64,000 bases of DNA from Neocallimastix sp. 'constans' (taxonomy: Eukaryota), in assembly GCA_050613775.1 (NCBI GenBank), contig JBODTK010000001.1, positions 1,922,001 to 1,986,000 of the forward strand, read 5' to 3'. The notes beneath the pieces were generated by a model. It did no database searches, was not told where the DNA came from, and was given only the letters and a program-made list of their open reading frames with translations. The translations under genes and the position numbers were made by a program. This document shows, piece by piece, positions 35,692-48,689 of the stretch; position 1 is the first letter of the stretch; each line of letters begins with the position of its first letter.

Positions 35692-36498
35692 TATATATAT
35701 ATATATATATAAAGAAGCAAAAGTTGTACAACTTCTTTATTATCAATTTCTTTATTATCTTTATAATTAATAATATTCAAATAATTTAAATACTAAACAT
35801 GTACTCTCTCTATATATATAAATATTAAAAATATATATATTTAATTATTTATTTATACTGGACATAATATAATTTGAAATTTTATATTTATATTTCTTAA
35901 AATTGATTGGTTTTGTTTTAATAAATAAATAAATCTTTAAATTTTAAATAAAAAATCTTTAAATTTTAAATAAAAATTTTTAGAAAGTTTAACAAGTTTG
36001 ATAAATTTTATAAAAAAGTTTCATATTAAAAAAATAAATTTTTTAGGATTATAATAATTTGTTGATGATTGTTAAATATTAATAAGTATATTTATAATAT
36101 ATAAAATAAATTAAATATATAAATTTTAATATATTATAATTTTTTTTATTAAAAGAAAATTTAAAAATTAAAAAATTCTAATTATATTTTAAAAAACTCA
36201 CATTATATATATTATTTCTATATCCTTTATTTTGTGGTATTATTATATAATTTTTAATGACATAAACAGAAAAAAGAAAAAAAAGAGAAGAATAATTCTT
36301 TTTTCATATTATATTTATTTTATAATAAAATAAGGGTAAAGTATTATATAGTTATGTAATCTAATTTATATTTTCAATAATCTAAAAAAAAAAAAAAAAA
36401 AAAAAAAATTTAAATCCCAAATTATTAAAAAGTTTTAAAATAAAATATTTTTTCTATTATATTAAGATTATTGATTATATTATTTATGATTTTATAAA

Positions 36499-36542
<44 letters not shown>

Positions 36543-36859
36543 TATTTTATATATTTAATCTTCAGAAATCAATGAAATTTTATATATTAAAATATTATTA
36601 AAAATATTTTTTCTTTATATAAAATTCCTACTCATATTATTATTTAAATACATTCGTATATACAATTAACAAATAGATATAAATCAATTTGAAAAATTAA
36701 TTTTTTTATTATTTTTAAAATAGAAAAAAATATTTTAAAAATACGTAATTTTAAAAAAGATGTATTAAAAACATTAAAAAAAATATATCAAGTGATAATT
36801 TTAAAATAACGCTTTCTTAAAGGAATAATTAATAATTATGGAAATAATAATTTTTTTAA

Positions 36860-36892
<33 letters not shown>

Positions 36893-37239
36893 CAAACAAA
36901 CAAACAAACAAACAAACAAACAAACAAACAAACAAACAAAAACAAAAACGAAAAAAAAAAAAATTAATAATAAATTGGAAATAAAAGAAATTAAAATTAT
37001 TGAAAATATCATTATTAATAATAATATTAATACTTTATAAATTATAGTAATTATAAAACTATAGGAAATACGAAATTAATACTAGCTTCAATAATAGTAG
37101 TTATAATATTTAAAATAATAATATCTCTGAAATTACAAGAAAAAAAATATAATAATGATAATTATACCATTATATTAATATCAAATATTAGTCTTGAAAA
37201 TTTTACCAATCTTCTATTCCTAGTTCACTCTCCCTTTCG

Positions 37240-37342
<103 letters not shown>

Positions 37343-37499
37343 ATATTTTGAAATAAACGATATTAAATAAAATACCAATTCGCTAAATCTAACGCCTAAT
37401 AAAAATAAATTTAGTTATAACAATAAAACTCTACCTTAAAGTATTAATTCAAAGCAAGGTATTATATAAGTAACAAAAAAAAATAGAATAAAAGAGAAA

Positions 37500-39234
37500 A
37501 TGATTTGGGATGATTTTATTGGAGAACCATCTTCTAGTAGTAGAAGTAATAATTCCAATAGGTCAAAAAATAAAGGAAAGCATCATTTATTAACCGATGA
37601 AGAATATGTCGTATATAATTATGTCGATGATGATAATGTACCATTAGAATTTTTCACAGAAACTAGTGGAAAGCCTGCATCAACAGATAGCAGTGATATT
37701 GATTTAGTAAATGATAATTATTCTACCAGATCAAGTGATGATCTATATTCTACAAGTAAGGAGGATAATGAAACTGATAATGATGTTAATTTTTACTCTA
37801 ATATAATTGGTAATAGCGGTTCTTCATCAAATTCTAATAATACCAATACCAATGCCACTAATAATAATAATAATAATGAAAATAATCATCATGACAATGA
37901 CCTCACAGAAGATGAATTATTAGCAATAAGATTACAGTTTGAAGAACAAGAAGAATTTAATAATAGAATGGTAACAATTAATTGAAATACATCAATAAAT
38001 TAATTATATCTATATCAACAGGATTATTATCATTATAATTTATATTTTATAATATAATTTATTTGTTACATTTAATTAATTATTATTATATATATAATAC
38101 TTAAAAATGATAAATTATAATCAAAATTAAATGAAAAACAACAATAATAATAATAATGAGGCCAATATTAATCAATATGAATTAACTAATGATCTTTTTG
38201 ATGTAGATGACCTACAAATTAACGCCATATATTCAGCATTTAATGATTTATCTTCAAATATATTTATGAATCCAGAGTAATTTAAAAAATATTCTCTAAT
38301 AATTTATGACTATATATACTATTAAATAAATATAATTTAATCATATAATGACATATACACACACAAATATATATTTATTATAATTATTATTATTATTATA
38401 ATTATTATTATTATTACTTTTCAAATATTATATAGGGGATATGTTATGGATTTAAGAAATTATATGGATGATGACGAATTAGATGACAGTTATGAAGGTT
38501 TATTAAGATTAGAAGAAAGAATAGGAAATGTAAAACATAATTTAGATAATAATTTAATTAATAAAAATAAATTAATAAAATATAATAAGAATAATAAAGA
38601 AATAAAAGAAACGAAGTAAGTTTATTTTTATATTATTATGTATATATTATATATTTTAGTTTATAATTCAATTCAATAAATAATACAAATATTAGATTTT
38701 CCTTATGTCTAATTTTTTCTAAATATATATAAATATTATTTATAATTATATGAAATGATATTAATTATTAATATTATTATTACAATTTAAAATTAATATA
38801 TAATAGATGTTCTATATGTCTTTTAGATTATGAAAACAATGATGAATTACGTAAACTAGTTTGTTCTCATTTTTTCCATAAAAAGGTATACATACATTAA
38901 TATTAAATATTATATTAATATTCACATATAATATTACCATTTATTAATTAAAAAATTATATATATATATATATATATATTAGTGTATTGATAATTGGTTT
39001 AATAGTAGTTCAACTTGCCCAATGTAAATATATAATAATAATAATAATAATAAATATATATTTTATATAATCTTATTTCTATTATTATTATTTTCATTAT
39101 TATTGCTTTATACATAAAACTAACCTTTAAATGAATTTATTCTTCATATATATATATATATATATATATTTTAAAAAAAAAAAAAAAAAAAAAGATGTCG
39201 TATAGATGTAAAAGAAAAATTAAAGAAAAAATAA
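37500..39234 (+). CDS. RING-H2 E3 ubiquitin ligase with a low-complexity N-terminus and a UIM-like helix, multi-exon
   Basis: LTEDELLAIRLQFEEQE (UIM-like), DSYEGLLRLEERIGNV (pre-RING motif seen in RNF38/Arkadia/BIG BROTHER-like ligases), and spliced CSICLLDY...VCSHFFHKKCIDNW...TCPICR (C3H2C3). Confidence 0.88.
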
Positions 39235-39507
39235 AAATAAAAATAAAAAAAAAAAAAAAAGGAAACACCCATCTCAAACATATATATACAATTATTTATT
39301 TTATTTTATTTTATTTTTTTTTTTTTCAAAAAATAATATAATTTAAAATATTATTAAAAAAAATAATAATAAAAATAATTACTAACCTCATTTTTTAATA
39401 ATAATAATTTCCAATATATAATAAAATTTTTAATTTTTATTTTTTAATATTTGTCGTTTTATAATACATCAATATATTAATTTTTTTATATGAAAAAATA
39501 TATATAA

Positions 39508-39568
<61 letters not shown>

Positions 39569-39746
39569 TTATTTTAGAAAATTAAATGTTTAAATAAAAA
39601 ATTAAACATAAAATGAGAATAAATAATAGATATAATGATATTTTAATTGTTTTTATAGAATTTATATATATAAATAAATGGTTTACTTTTATTCTTAATA
39701 ATTAATAAATTAAATTTATCACCTATTGTCGTTTCTAGTTAATTCC

Positions 39747-39790
<44 letters not shown>

Positions 39791-39829
39791 CTAAGTATAT
39801 ACTTTTTCTTTATTTCCTATTATTCTTAT

Positions 39830-40123
<294 letters not shown>

Positions 40124-40128
40124 AATTA

Positions 40129-40276
40129 TGTTAAATATAGCACATATAATCAAAAATGATACTTTTATTTATTTTATTGCTTTTACATAAAAAAGAAAGA
40201 CCTATTCAAATAAGTATATGTCATTAAATATTATAATATAAAATGTTAATTAAACACATAACTGAGGTATTTAACA
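40129..40276 (-). repeat. 3' LTR of the copia remnant
   Basis: Perfect 9-bp inverted termini TGTTAAATA...TATTTAACA with an adjacent polypurine tract. The internal block TTTATTTATTTTATTG..TACAT..AAGAAAGA.CTATTC..TATGTCATTA recurs at about 47565-47635. Confidence 0.7.
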
Positions 40277-42764
40277 ATCCCATCCCTAAACAATGAACCA
40301 ATGAATATTAATTTAATTTTTTTTTTTTTTATAATTTCATCTTAAATATATTTGTATTTTATGTCCATATATTTGTATCATTTTTTTTTGTTTTCATTTT
40401 CAGCTATATCCTTACATGGTTTATTATTTATTCTAATATTAATTCCAATATTCTTATTGAATAATTCATTTATTAATATTTTTATTCTTATAGCTTCTTT
40501 TTTTTTTTTTTTTGTACATTGTATTAAACTTGAGTATTCGGCTTCTGTAGTTAGTAAGGCTATACTTTTCTGAATAATTAATTCCTATGATATTGGACTA
40601 TTTCCTAATACGAAAATATATCCTGAGGTGAATCTTCTTTTAATTTCATCTGCATTCTTAAAAATTTCTTTCTCTTATAATGGATTAAATTGCCCATTGT
40701 ATTTTTTTTTTTTTTAGGTATTTTAATATTTGAATACCTGCATTCAAATCAGCCTCTTTTGGATTCTAAGAAAATAGAATTATTTTTGTAGCTCTTATTT
40801 GTTTTAATTAATATAATTAAATCAAATATGGGCTTTTATTTAAAGTTAAAAAGATTTTCATCATTTGTATAGATGGTAGTAATTAGCTTATTATTTTTAA
40901 ATATTTGGAGTCTTTTTTTATTATGGAAAATTTCCTTTACTAATTTAAAGCCCTTTTTACATAGATAATGAGTGGAAATTAAATTATTTTGTATGTATAG
41001 AAAGTAAAACTCATCTCCAATAGAAAAATGTTTATTTTTATATATTCCTTTGTACATATCCTTTTTGTAAATTTGGGTATGAAATCCCTCTATTAGAAAC
41101 TTCTTCATGGTTTGATAGTGATTTTATATTTTTAGATAAGACAATTTCTGTATCAATGATTCTTGACTCTTTATTGTTATTTTCTTTATCATTATTTTCT
41201 TCTTTTAAGATTTCGGCCTTTATTTTATTTACTTTTATGTTCCCAGGAGTTATTAAATTATTATTATAATTATAATTATCTTCTATAATATTAGTTGTTA
41301 TATTGAAATAGAAATCGAATAATTGATTTGAATCTGAATCTGAATATGAATCTGAATCTAAATATAAATTGTTTTGTTCTTCATAATTAACATTATATGA
41401 TTTGAAATTTTATTTACTACCTTTCCTACTTAAAGATGTTCTTCTATTTTTTATTTTTATTCCTTGATTTATTATTATTTCTTTTCTTTTCTCTCCTATT
41501 GTTATTTTTCGTTGAATACGATGGGTTGAAAAAACAGTTATCAGTAGTATACCCATTTTTATGGTAATAGTGGCAGTATTCTTTGGAATCTGTTTCTTTA
41601 TTGAAATTATATGGAAGTTTCCCATTTCTGACTTCGTAAATTTAATCTTCATGTAGATATATTTCCTTGATATCTACCTTTTTAATACTTTTGCTTTTCT
41701 TGATCATGGTACTTAATTTTGATATATCTTCTTTTAAATACTTAAATGCTTTTTCAATATATCGAAATGTGAATGAATATCCAATGATGACATTATTTAA
41801 TTCTTCTAAAGAATATAAAACCTTTGTTTCTTTACTTTGTTATGATTTATTTTGTAATTTTACATCATGATTATGTTCTGTAAGTAATGAGTTAAGATTA
41901 TCTAAATACGGCTTAAAGTCGTCATTTTTAATTTCTAATTTCTTAATTTTCATTTCCACTTCAAATAGTCTGGATAGGCCTGTTTTTTTTTTTTTTTTTT
42001 GAAAATCTTTTAATTCATTTAACATTAAATATGCACTTTGCAATTATTTAATTAACTTTTTTGTTTATTCGTCAAGGCTATTCAATATTATAATCCTGAC
42101 GTTACTATTATACTTCAAGTGCTTTTTATTGGTGTTTATATCTTTAAATTTTTTTTTTTTTTTGATATATAATCAACCTAATTCTTTAGAATCAAGGAAT
42201 AATTTCAAATTTATTACAGCTTCGTTATTCGGGTATAGAATAATTTCAAATCCGAATCCCATTTGAGAAAGTTTTCATTTGTAGTTTTAAAATTTTGAAT
42301 ATGAAATTTAATAATTGTATTTTGTTTGAATATTTGGAGTTTCTACATCAACAGGAACATCATTCATTGTTGTGTTTGATGTATTTGTTGCTTTTATTGT
42401 ATTTGTTGAAGGCTTTGAAGAACTTCCCCTTCCACACATAAAGTATCATTTCTGATTTTAAGTGTTATATTAAATAGATTAAGAGTTTCACCGATTCAAT
42501 AATTCATTAACAATTGTTGATATCAAAATTCAACATATTAAATATTAAACATTCATTAAATATTAAAATAAAGAAATATTAACAGTTACATTTTTTTTTT
42601 TTTTTTTTAGACAGGGAAGAGAATACACTTCCAAAACTTTATTAAATTTTATTTTAAAAAATACATGTAGGTGAAAAGTACATTTGAAATTAAAAAAAAA
42701 ATAAAAAAATAAAAAATAAAAAAATAAAAAAGCTCGAAAATACTATGTATTTCGGCAAGTTGTA

Positions 42765-45700
42765 CTATGCGGGAATTTTTCCCTTCCTATCAAATAAAAA
42801 AGAAATAAAACCTAGAAGTAACATCTTTAAAATAGATAGTGTGGTGTCCACTAAACTCTCCCCGGACTCATCATTTATTGAACTACTAGGGAGAGATTCA
42901 TCCTTCGTAGCAATAGATGACGATCCTGTATTATCATTATGCCTTATCAGTACGACGTCGACGCTCTTGGATAAGTTTGATATTTTGCAATACCTATCAA
43001 ATAATAGCTCAAACGAACTACTAATGATAGGTATTGCACTTGTTAAGAATTCCGCCAAGCCCACAATTTTTGGAACAGGTGACTCAGATGAACCTTTGAA
43101 AAGTAGTTCATTTAATTGTCTCTGTTCCCCACTATCGAAATGTAGCTCATTTAAAACTAAAGTCCCACCAAGAAGGAACAAGTATATATAATGATTGATA
43201 TAATCTTCAAAATTAGAAATAGAGTCATAGGAAGAAAGAGGATTAAACACTCTAATCTTCCTAAGGAATAAAACATAGAGATCATCGATGAAATTTAAAG
43301 AATTCCATCTAAAAGATGCAAGAGCATCGCATTTAAAAATCCAATGTTCAAAAGATTGTTTATCTTCGCCACAACAGGGGCAATACTTGGGACAATCTTC
43401 TGAAACTCTACTTATTCTAATAGCAATAGTAGTATTGTATTTATAACCACAGCGTAAACGAATAATCCACGAAAACCCTAAGTTGAATTGGGGATATTTT
43501 AAACTAAGCATAATTATAGCTTTATTGTTTGAGAACTTATTACGATCGTAATTTTGACCTTTAATACCTTGAAATTTGGCAACTGATTCCCAGTAACGTT
43601 CTAAAATATCGTCATATTTTTCACATTTATATTTTTTGATTTTTTTATACAGTGTTCTAGATTCTTTAGTCCAGGAATAATGATGCATTTTGGGAATAGA
43701 TTTAATAAGATCCTTTATAATACAGTTTGATTTACTCCATTTTGCAAATGATTTAATCTGTAAGGCTGCGCAGACACCAGCAATAGGAGGAATACTTAGA
43801 TCTCGAGATAAAGCATAAGTACTCATAGTAGAATTATGTCTAATATAGTCATTGTCTTCTGAACTTGTTTTACCATTTTTAGAGAAGGAGCCGATACACC
43901 AAAATAGACCAGTATTAATTAATGTTTGAATTCTGGCCGTTCTGGATTTGTTTGAACCAAGTAAAGGAGAATAATAAATTACTTTACTAATAACAAAGGA
44001 TTGAAGAACTTTTTTCTTGTATGCAATAGGGATAAGTTTATTTGAGAAGAAATGTGTAAATGAAAGAAGGGATTTTCTAACTTTAAAATGCATGTGAGAT
44101 ATAATGTGTTCTAGTAAGAGATCATCAGAAAAAGGAATACCAAGATAAATATAACTAGAAACTTTAGGAATAGCATTCATTCCTAAATAGAAGGTTGGGT
44201 CACTATAGTTTGGAGGAGATTGGAAGTTCATTGGTTTTATAACCATAGTTGCACATTTTTCAATACCAAAAGTCATTTCATTTAAATTAGCCCATTTATG
44301 TACCTTTTTTAGTAATTTTTCTAAATTTTTTGCACTTGGAGCAATTAGAACAACATCATCAGCAAAGAGTCCACCACAACACTTTTTTCTTCCAATATTA
44401 ACACCATACTTTTCACAGTCATTTAGTATATCATTGATGAATAAATTGAATAAAATTGGAGATAATGGACAACCTTGACGAACACCTCTTTTAATAGGAA
44501 ATTCATTTGATAGCATTGAAGCAAATCGAGCACGAGCTTTAGATGAAGTATATAAATTACAAAGAAAATCAAAACATCTACCACGTACGCCATAATGATA
44601 TAATTTAGTAAGAATGTTAAAAATAGGAACTGAATCATAAGCTTTTTTAAGATCTAAAAAGGCTAAATATGTGAATTTTCCTTGAAATTTTCTTCTTTGG
44701 CATATTTCTCTAACGGAAATGAACAAACTAATGAATTCTTCACGGTTGCGAAAGCCAAATTGTTCAGGTCTAATGAAATTGTGTGAGAGTGCGTAAGAAG
44801 ATATTCTATCTGTTACAATTTTTGAAATGATTTTCAGTCCAACATTAATGAGAGAAATACCTCGATAATTACTACAATCTGATAGGTCGCCTTTCTTAGG
44901 GATTGATACAATAGAAGCTGAGTTCCATTTTTTAGGAAAAGACCCATTCCATATTTTATTAAAAATCAATTTAAGACACTTTCCAGCAGCAGGATGTGTT
45001 TCTAGTAATTCTTCATTGCAAAACAGAGCTTTGTAGAATTCAATCGGGATACCATCGGGGCCGGGTGCTTTGTTGTTTTTCATAGATGAAATTGTTTTTT
45101 TAATATCGTCAACCGTAATGGGATCGTTGATATTCCAGGTAGAGGATCTAAGACTAATATTCCTTAAAGCATGGATCCAGAAGTTACGATTAAGGCTGTG
45201 ACCTGAGGGATCAGAAGCTAGATCTTTATAATATTCAGCCCATCTATCTAATTGTTTAGTAGGAGAGATAATATCTTGACCAAATTTAGATTTTATGCAA
45301 GTAGGGGAGGTAGATGAATACGATGGTTTAGCCATTTTTTTTAAACATCTCCAACCATTTTTGAAATCTTTATTCAAAAAATAATTACCAATTTTTACTA
45401 TATTAGCTTTAAATCTAGCAGAACGAAATTTGCTCTTTGTTTTCTTGATTAATTTGCAAAGTTTTTCATATTTATTAAATTGTTCAAGGTAATTATCAAC
45501 ATTTTCACAGTTAAAGTAAGGCTTAATATTTCGAAATGCAATATGTTTTTCATGAGACAGTCTTTTAATGAAATAAGGACAATGAAAAGCAGAGCCCTTT
45601 AAATTTGTTGGAATGAAAGCCTTAATATCCTTCCCGATATTATTTGCTGTATTGATAAATTTTTCTACCATTTCATCAGCCGTGAGCGAATTGTAGTGAG

Positions 45701-46929
45701 AATCGAGGTCATTTGCTAAGATTGAAAAATAATTATGTGATAAAATATCTGAATTTTTTGTTTTACAAATATGTGTAGACCATTTAGAAACTTTAGCAGG
45801 CCTTATAAAGCCATCGGAGAGAACTTTGTTGCAAGAAAGTATAATAGGTTTATGATCAGAAATACCATAAAATGAAGTGCAAACCGAGGTTTTATTAAAA
45901 TGAGCTGCCAAAGCCTCATTATATATGACATGGTCAATACAAGATGATCTAGAACCTTTGGCATAAGTAAATTTATTACCATATAAGGGAGCAATATACC
46001 AATTAGGAAAATTATTTGAAATGTATGTTTTGATCTTCTTTAATGACATGTTAAAATCACCAACTAGGACAGCAGGAACGTTTTTTCTATTGTGAAAACG
46101 TAACCATTGAGAAAGTTCATCAAAAGCAGCTAGTCTTTCTTCCTTCCATTTGCTTTGAGGGAAGTAGATATTACCAATAGTACATTTTTGATTCCAGAAA
46201 GAAGTAATATTTACTGAAATGATATATTTGTATAAAAACGGTTCTTGGAAAAAAGAGCACGAAGAATGAACACCAATAAAGAGTCCTCTCATACCAGGGA
46301 TTTTAGGATTAGCTCTAAGGAAAACTGAGTTGTAATATGGAATTAATGGTGATGAAACATCTTTTGGAAGATATTTACTTTTTCCAGTTTCTTGTAAACA
46401 GATACATATATGGTTTGAAAATAGAGTTGAGATATAAAATACTATCACGTTTTTCAGTATTCCAACCGTTAATATTCCAACTAACACAGAGATTAAAGAA
46501 AGAAGAATTTGAATTTAGATGGCTAGAGAAAAAATCTTTCGCCATAGGATTAAGTTCAACATCAATATTATTAGATTTTCTTGACTTGTTCATTTGTTTA
46601 AATTTATTACACAAGGTCCAGGTAATTTTAGCTGTTTCAGGAATTTTATCTCTTAAGAAATCTAAAACATCGAAAAATTTGAGATCATTTTTGTGTTTAT
46701 TAACCCTAATAATGAAGTATGAGCCGTACCTTGGAGAAAAAAGTTTTTTAACATATGGAATAATTTCATTGTAGTTAGGGATCTTACTAATAACTTGAGC
46801 CATTAGATTACTAGGGGACCAAGAATTAAGGTTATGGATAAAGATAAGGCTATAATTGTTCATATGATTACCGAAGCAGTAGAAACCACGATGGAAGGGA
46901 GTATTATTAACTGAGCTAGAAGCATCCAT
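42765..46929 (-). CDS. LINE polyprotein: RRM-like N-terminus, APE endonuclease, reverse transcriptase and CCHC zinc knuckle; one frameshift near 46411
   Basis: APE motifs SWNING (ORF 46375-46929), then in the next frame CLQET, GDFN, IDHV and SDH. RT motifs KAPGPDGIP, YRGISL, QFGFR, FLDLKKAYDSV, GVRQGCPLSPILFN, LFADD and YIYLG. Knuckle CPCC-x8-H-x4-C. Confidence 0.93.
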
Positions 46930-47478
46930 GTTTAGAGTTTGATGATAACAGAACTGACTTAATTTCTATTTATTGTGAATTTATTATAAGGATTGAATAC
47001 CAAAGAATTATATATAAATTATTAACATTTAAATTTACTGAATATAAAAGTTAATTGTTTCACATGAATTGAATTTCCTAAGATATATTAAAAAACAATA
47101 GTTAGTGGAAAAATTATTTATTCAATAAAATATAATGTAAAATAATATATTTATTTTAAGTAAAAAATAAAAAATATTTTAAAAGGATATGAAAATTAAA
47201 AACCTAAAGTAAAAATTTATATAAAAATATAAAGTAAAATATATAAAGATAGAAAAAATATATATATATATATAATATATATAAATATATAGAATAGAAA
47301 AACTTTAGAAATAAAGGAGAAAAAAAAAATAAAAACAATATTGTTAGTAGTATAGTGTAAAAATTTCTTTTGGTTGAAAAATTGATTTTAAAATACAGTT
47401 ATGATTTATATAAAAAAATAAAGATTGCATTAAAAATTGAAAAGTAATTTAAATTTTATTATAATACTAATTGCTGAA

Positions 47479-47518
47479 CCCCCTCAGAAACCATACAGCT
47501 TCGGTTCCATCATTGGGG
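47479..47518 (-). other. Box C/D-type kink-turn hairpin at the extreme 5' end of the LINE
   Basis: 5'-CCCC AAU GA UGGAACC GAAGCUGUAU GGUUUCU GA GGGG(G)-3': 4-bp GC stem, 3-nt bulge, tandem G.A/A.G, U.U, G-C and five further pairs. Folded by eye only. Confidence 0.6.
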
Positions 47519-48104
47519 TTAACAGTTACATTAAAATAACTAAGTCAGAAAATTTAACAACTGTTTATTTATTTATTTTATTGTTTCTACATTAAGAAAG
47601 AGCTATTCCTATAAAAATATGTCATATGTCATTACATGTTATCTAAAAGTATTTTTCTATAATAGTCTAACATTACTGATAACGTTTAACGTTACCCTAT
47701 GTAGAATTATCAAATAGAAGTATTTTACACTTATTATGTAGTAAAATGTAATTAAATAAATAGCTGCGATATTTAGTAATTTAAATAAAACATTTTTTTT
47801 TAAAAAAAAAAAAAAAAAAAAAATATTAAAAAAAAATAATATATTTGAATTTATTAATTTAAATGGAAATAGAGTTGTTATAAAGGTTAAATTACTTAAA
47901 CTAAACTATTATCAATAAGACCTAACCTGTGATTTTAATTTAATATATTTTTTTTTTAAAAAAAAATTGAATATATCAAGAACTTCAATAAAGAAAAAAA
48001 GGAAAAAAGAGTTCCAAGATGTATATATATAATATTTATTCAAAGATAAAAAATATTTAATATATAAATAATAAATATTTTATTTTAATATATAATATAT
48101 CTTT

Positions 48105-48137
<33 letters not shown>

Positions 48138-48280
48138 TAAATTTGTTTATTCTATTTTATTTTAAATTTAAATTTAATTTTTATTAAGTGGATTTCAAAG
48201 AAAAATATAAAAAAAAATAATTTTTTTCAATCCTATATTGTTTATAAATTTATTAAAATAATAATAAAAATAAAAAAATA

Positions 48281-48315
<35 letters not shown>

Positions 48316-48689
48316 TAAATATTTAAAATAAAAAGATAAAAATATTTATAAAATAAAAATAATGAATAATAGAATGGATTAATACATTATATAATTAAAA
48401 TAAATTAAATAGATTTAAAAGATAGAAAATAACTATAATACATATATATATAAATAAAATAAATTAATATATAATTATTAATCTTAATAATTATTTATTA
48501 ATCTTAATAATTATTTATTAATCTTAATAATAAATAAAAATATAATACATAAAAAGAAAATGAAAAAGTTAAAAAAAAAATAATAATAATATTAATTATA
48601 ATAATATATTAATATTAAATATATATTTAATATTAATATAAATATTAAAAAAAAATTAAATATATATATATATATATTATATATTTATA

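Larger units (their letters stand above)
42593..47518 (-). mobile_element. Full-length non-LTR retrotransposon (LINE) with poly(A) tail and a 14-bp target-site duplication
   Basis: TSD TTAACAGTTACATT at 42579-42592 and 47519-47532. T-tract on the + strand (poly-A on the - strand) at 42593-42608. Contains an APE-RT ORF. Confidence 0.95.
40129..47729 (-). mobile_element. Degenerate, internally deleted Ty1/copia LTR retrotransposon, interrupted by a LINE
   Basis: Minus-strand Ty1-type RNase H with stops (RRFTSGYIFVLGNSPIS*...IALLTTEAEYSSL...KYMDIKY, about 40340-40650). Protease-adjacent motif NNLISTHYLCKKGF near 40950. PPT-like AGGGATGGGAT (40277-40287) abuts an LTR at 40129-40276. A diverged LTR-like copy ends near 47729. 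Confidence 0.75.

Noticed and set aside
46935..46960. Second box C/D-like pair (TGATGA...CTGA) on the + strand near the LINE start codon
   Set aside because: It is antisense to the element with only a weak 3-bp closing stem, so probably chance.
47479..47518. SECIS element or HDV-like ribozyme at the LINE 5' end
   Set aside because: It has an AUGA/GA core, but the upper helix is too short for a SECIS and it lies in a 5' UTR. I could not build an HDV nested pseudoknot.
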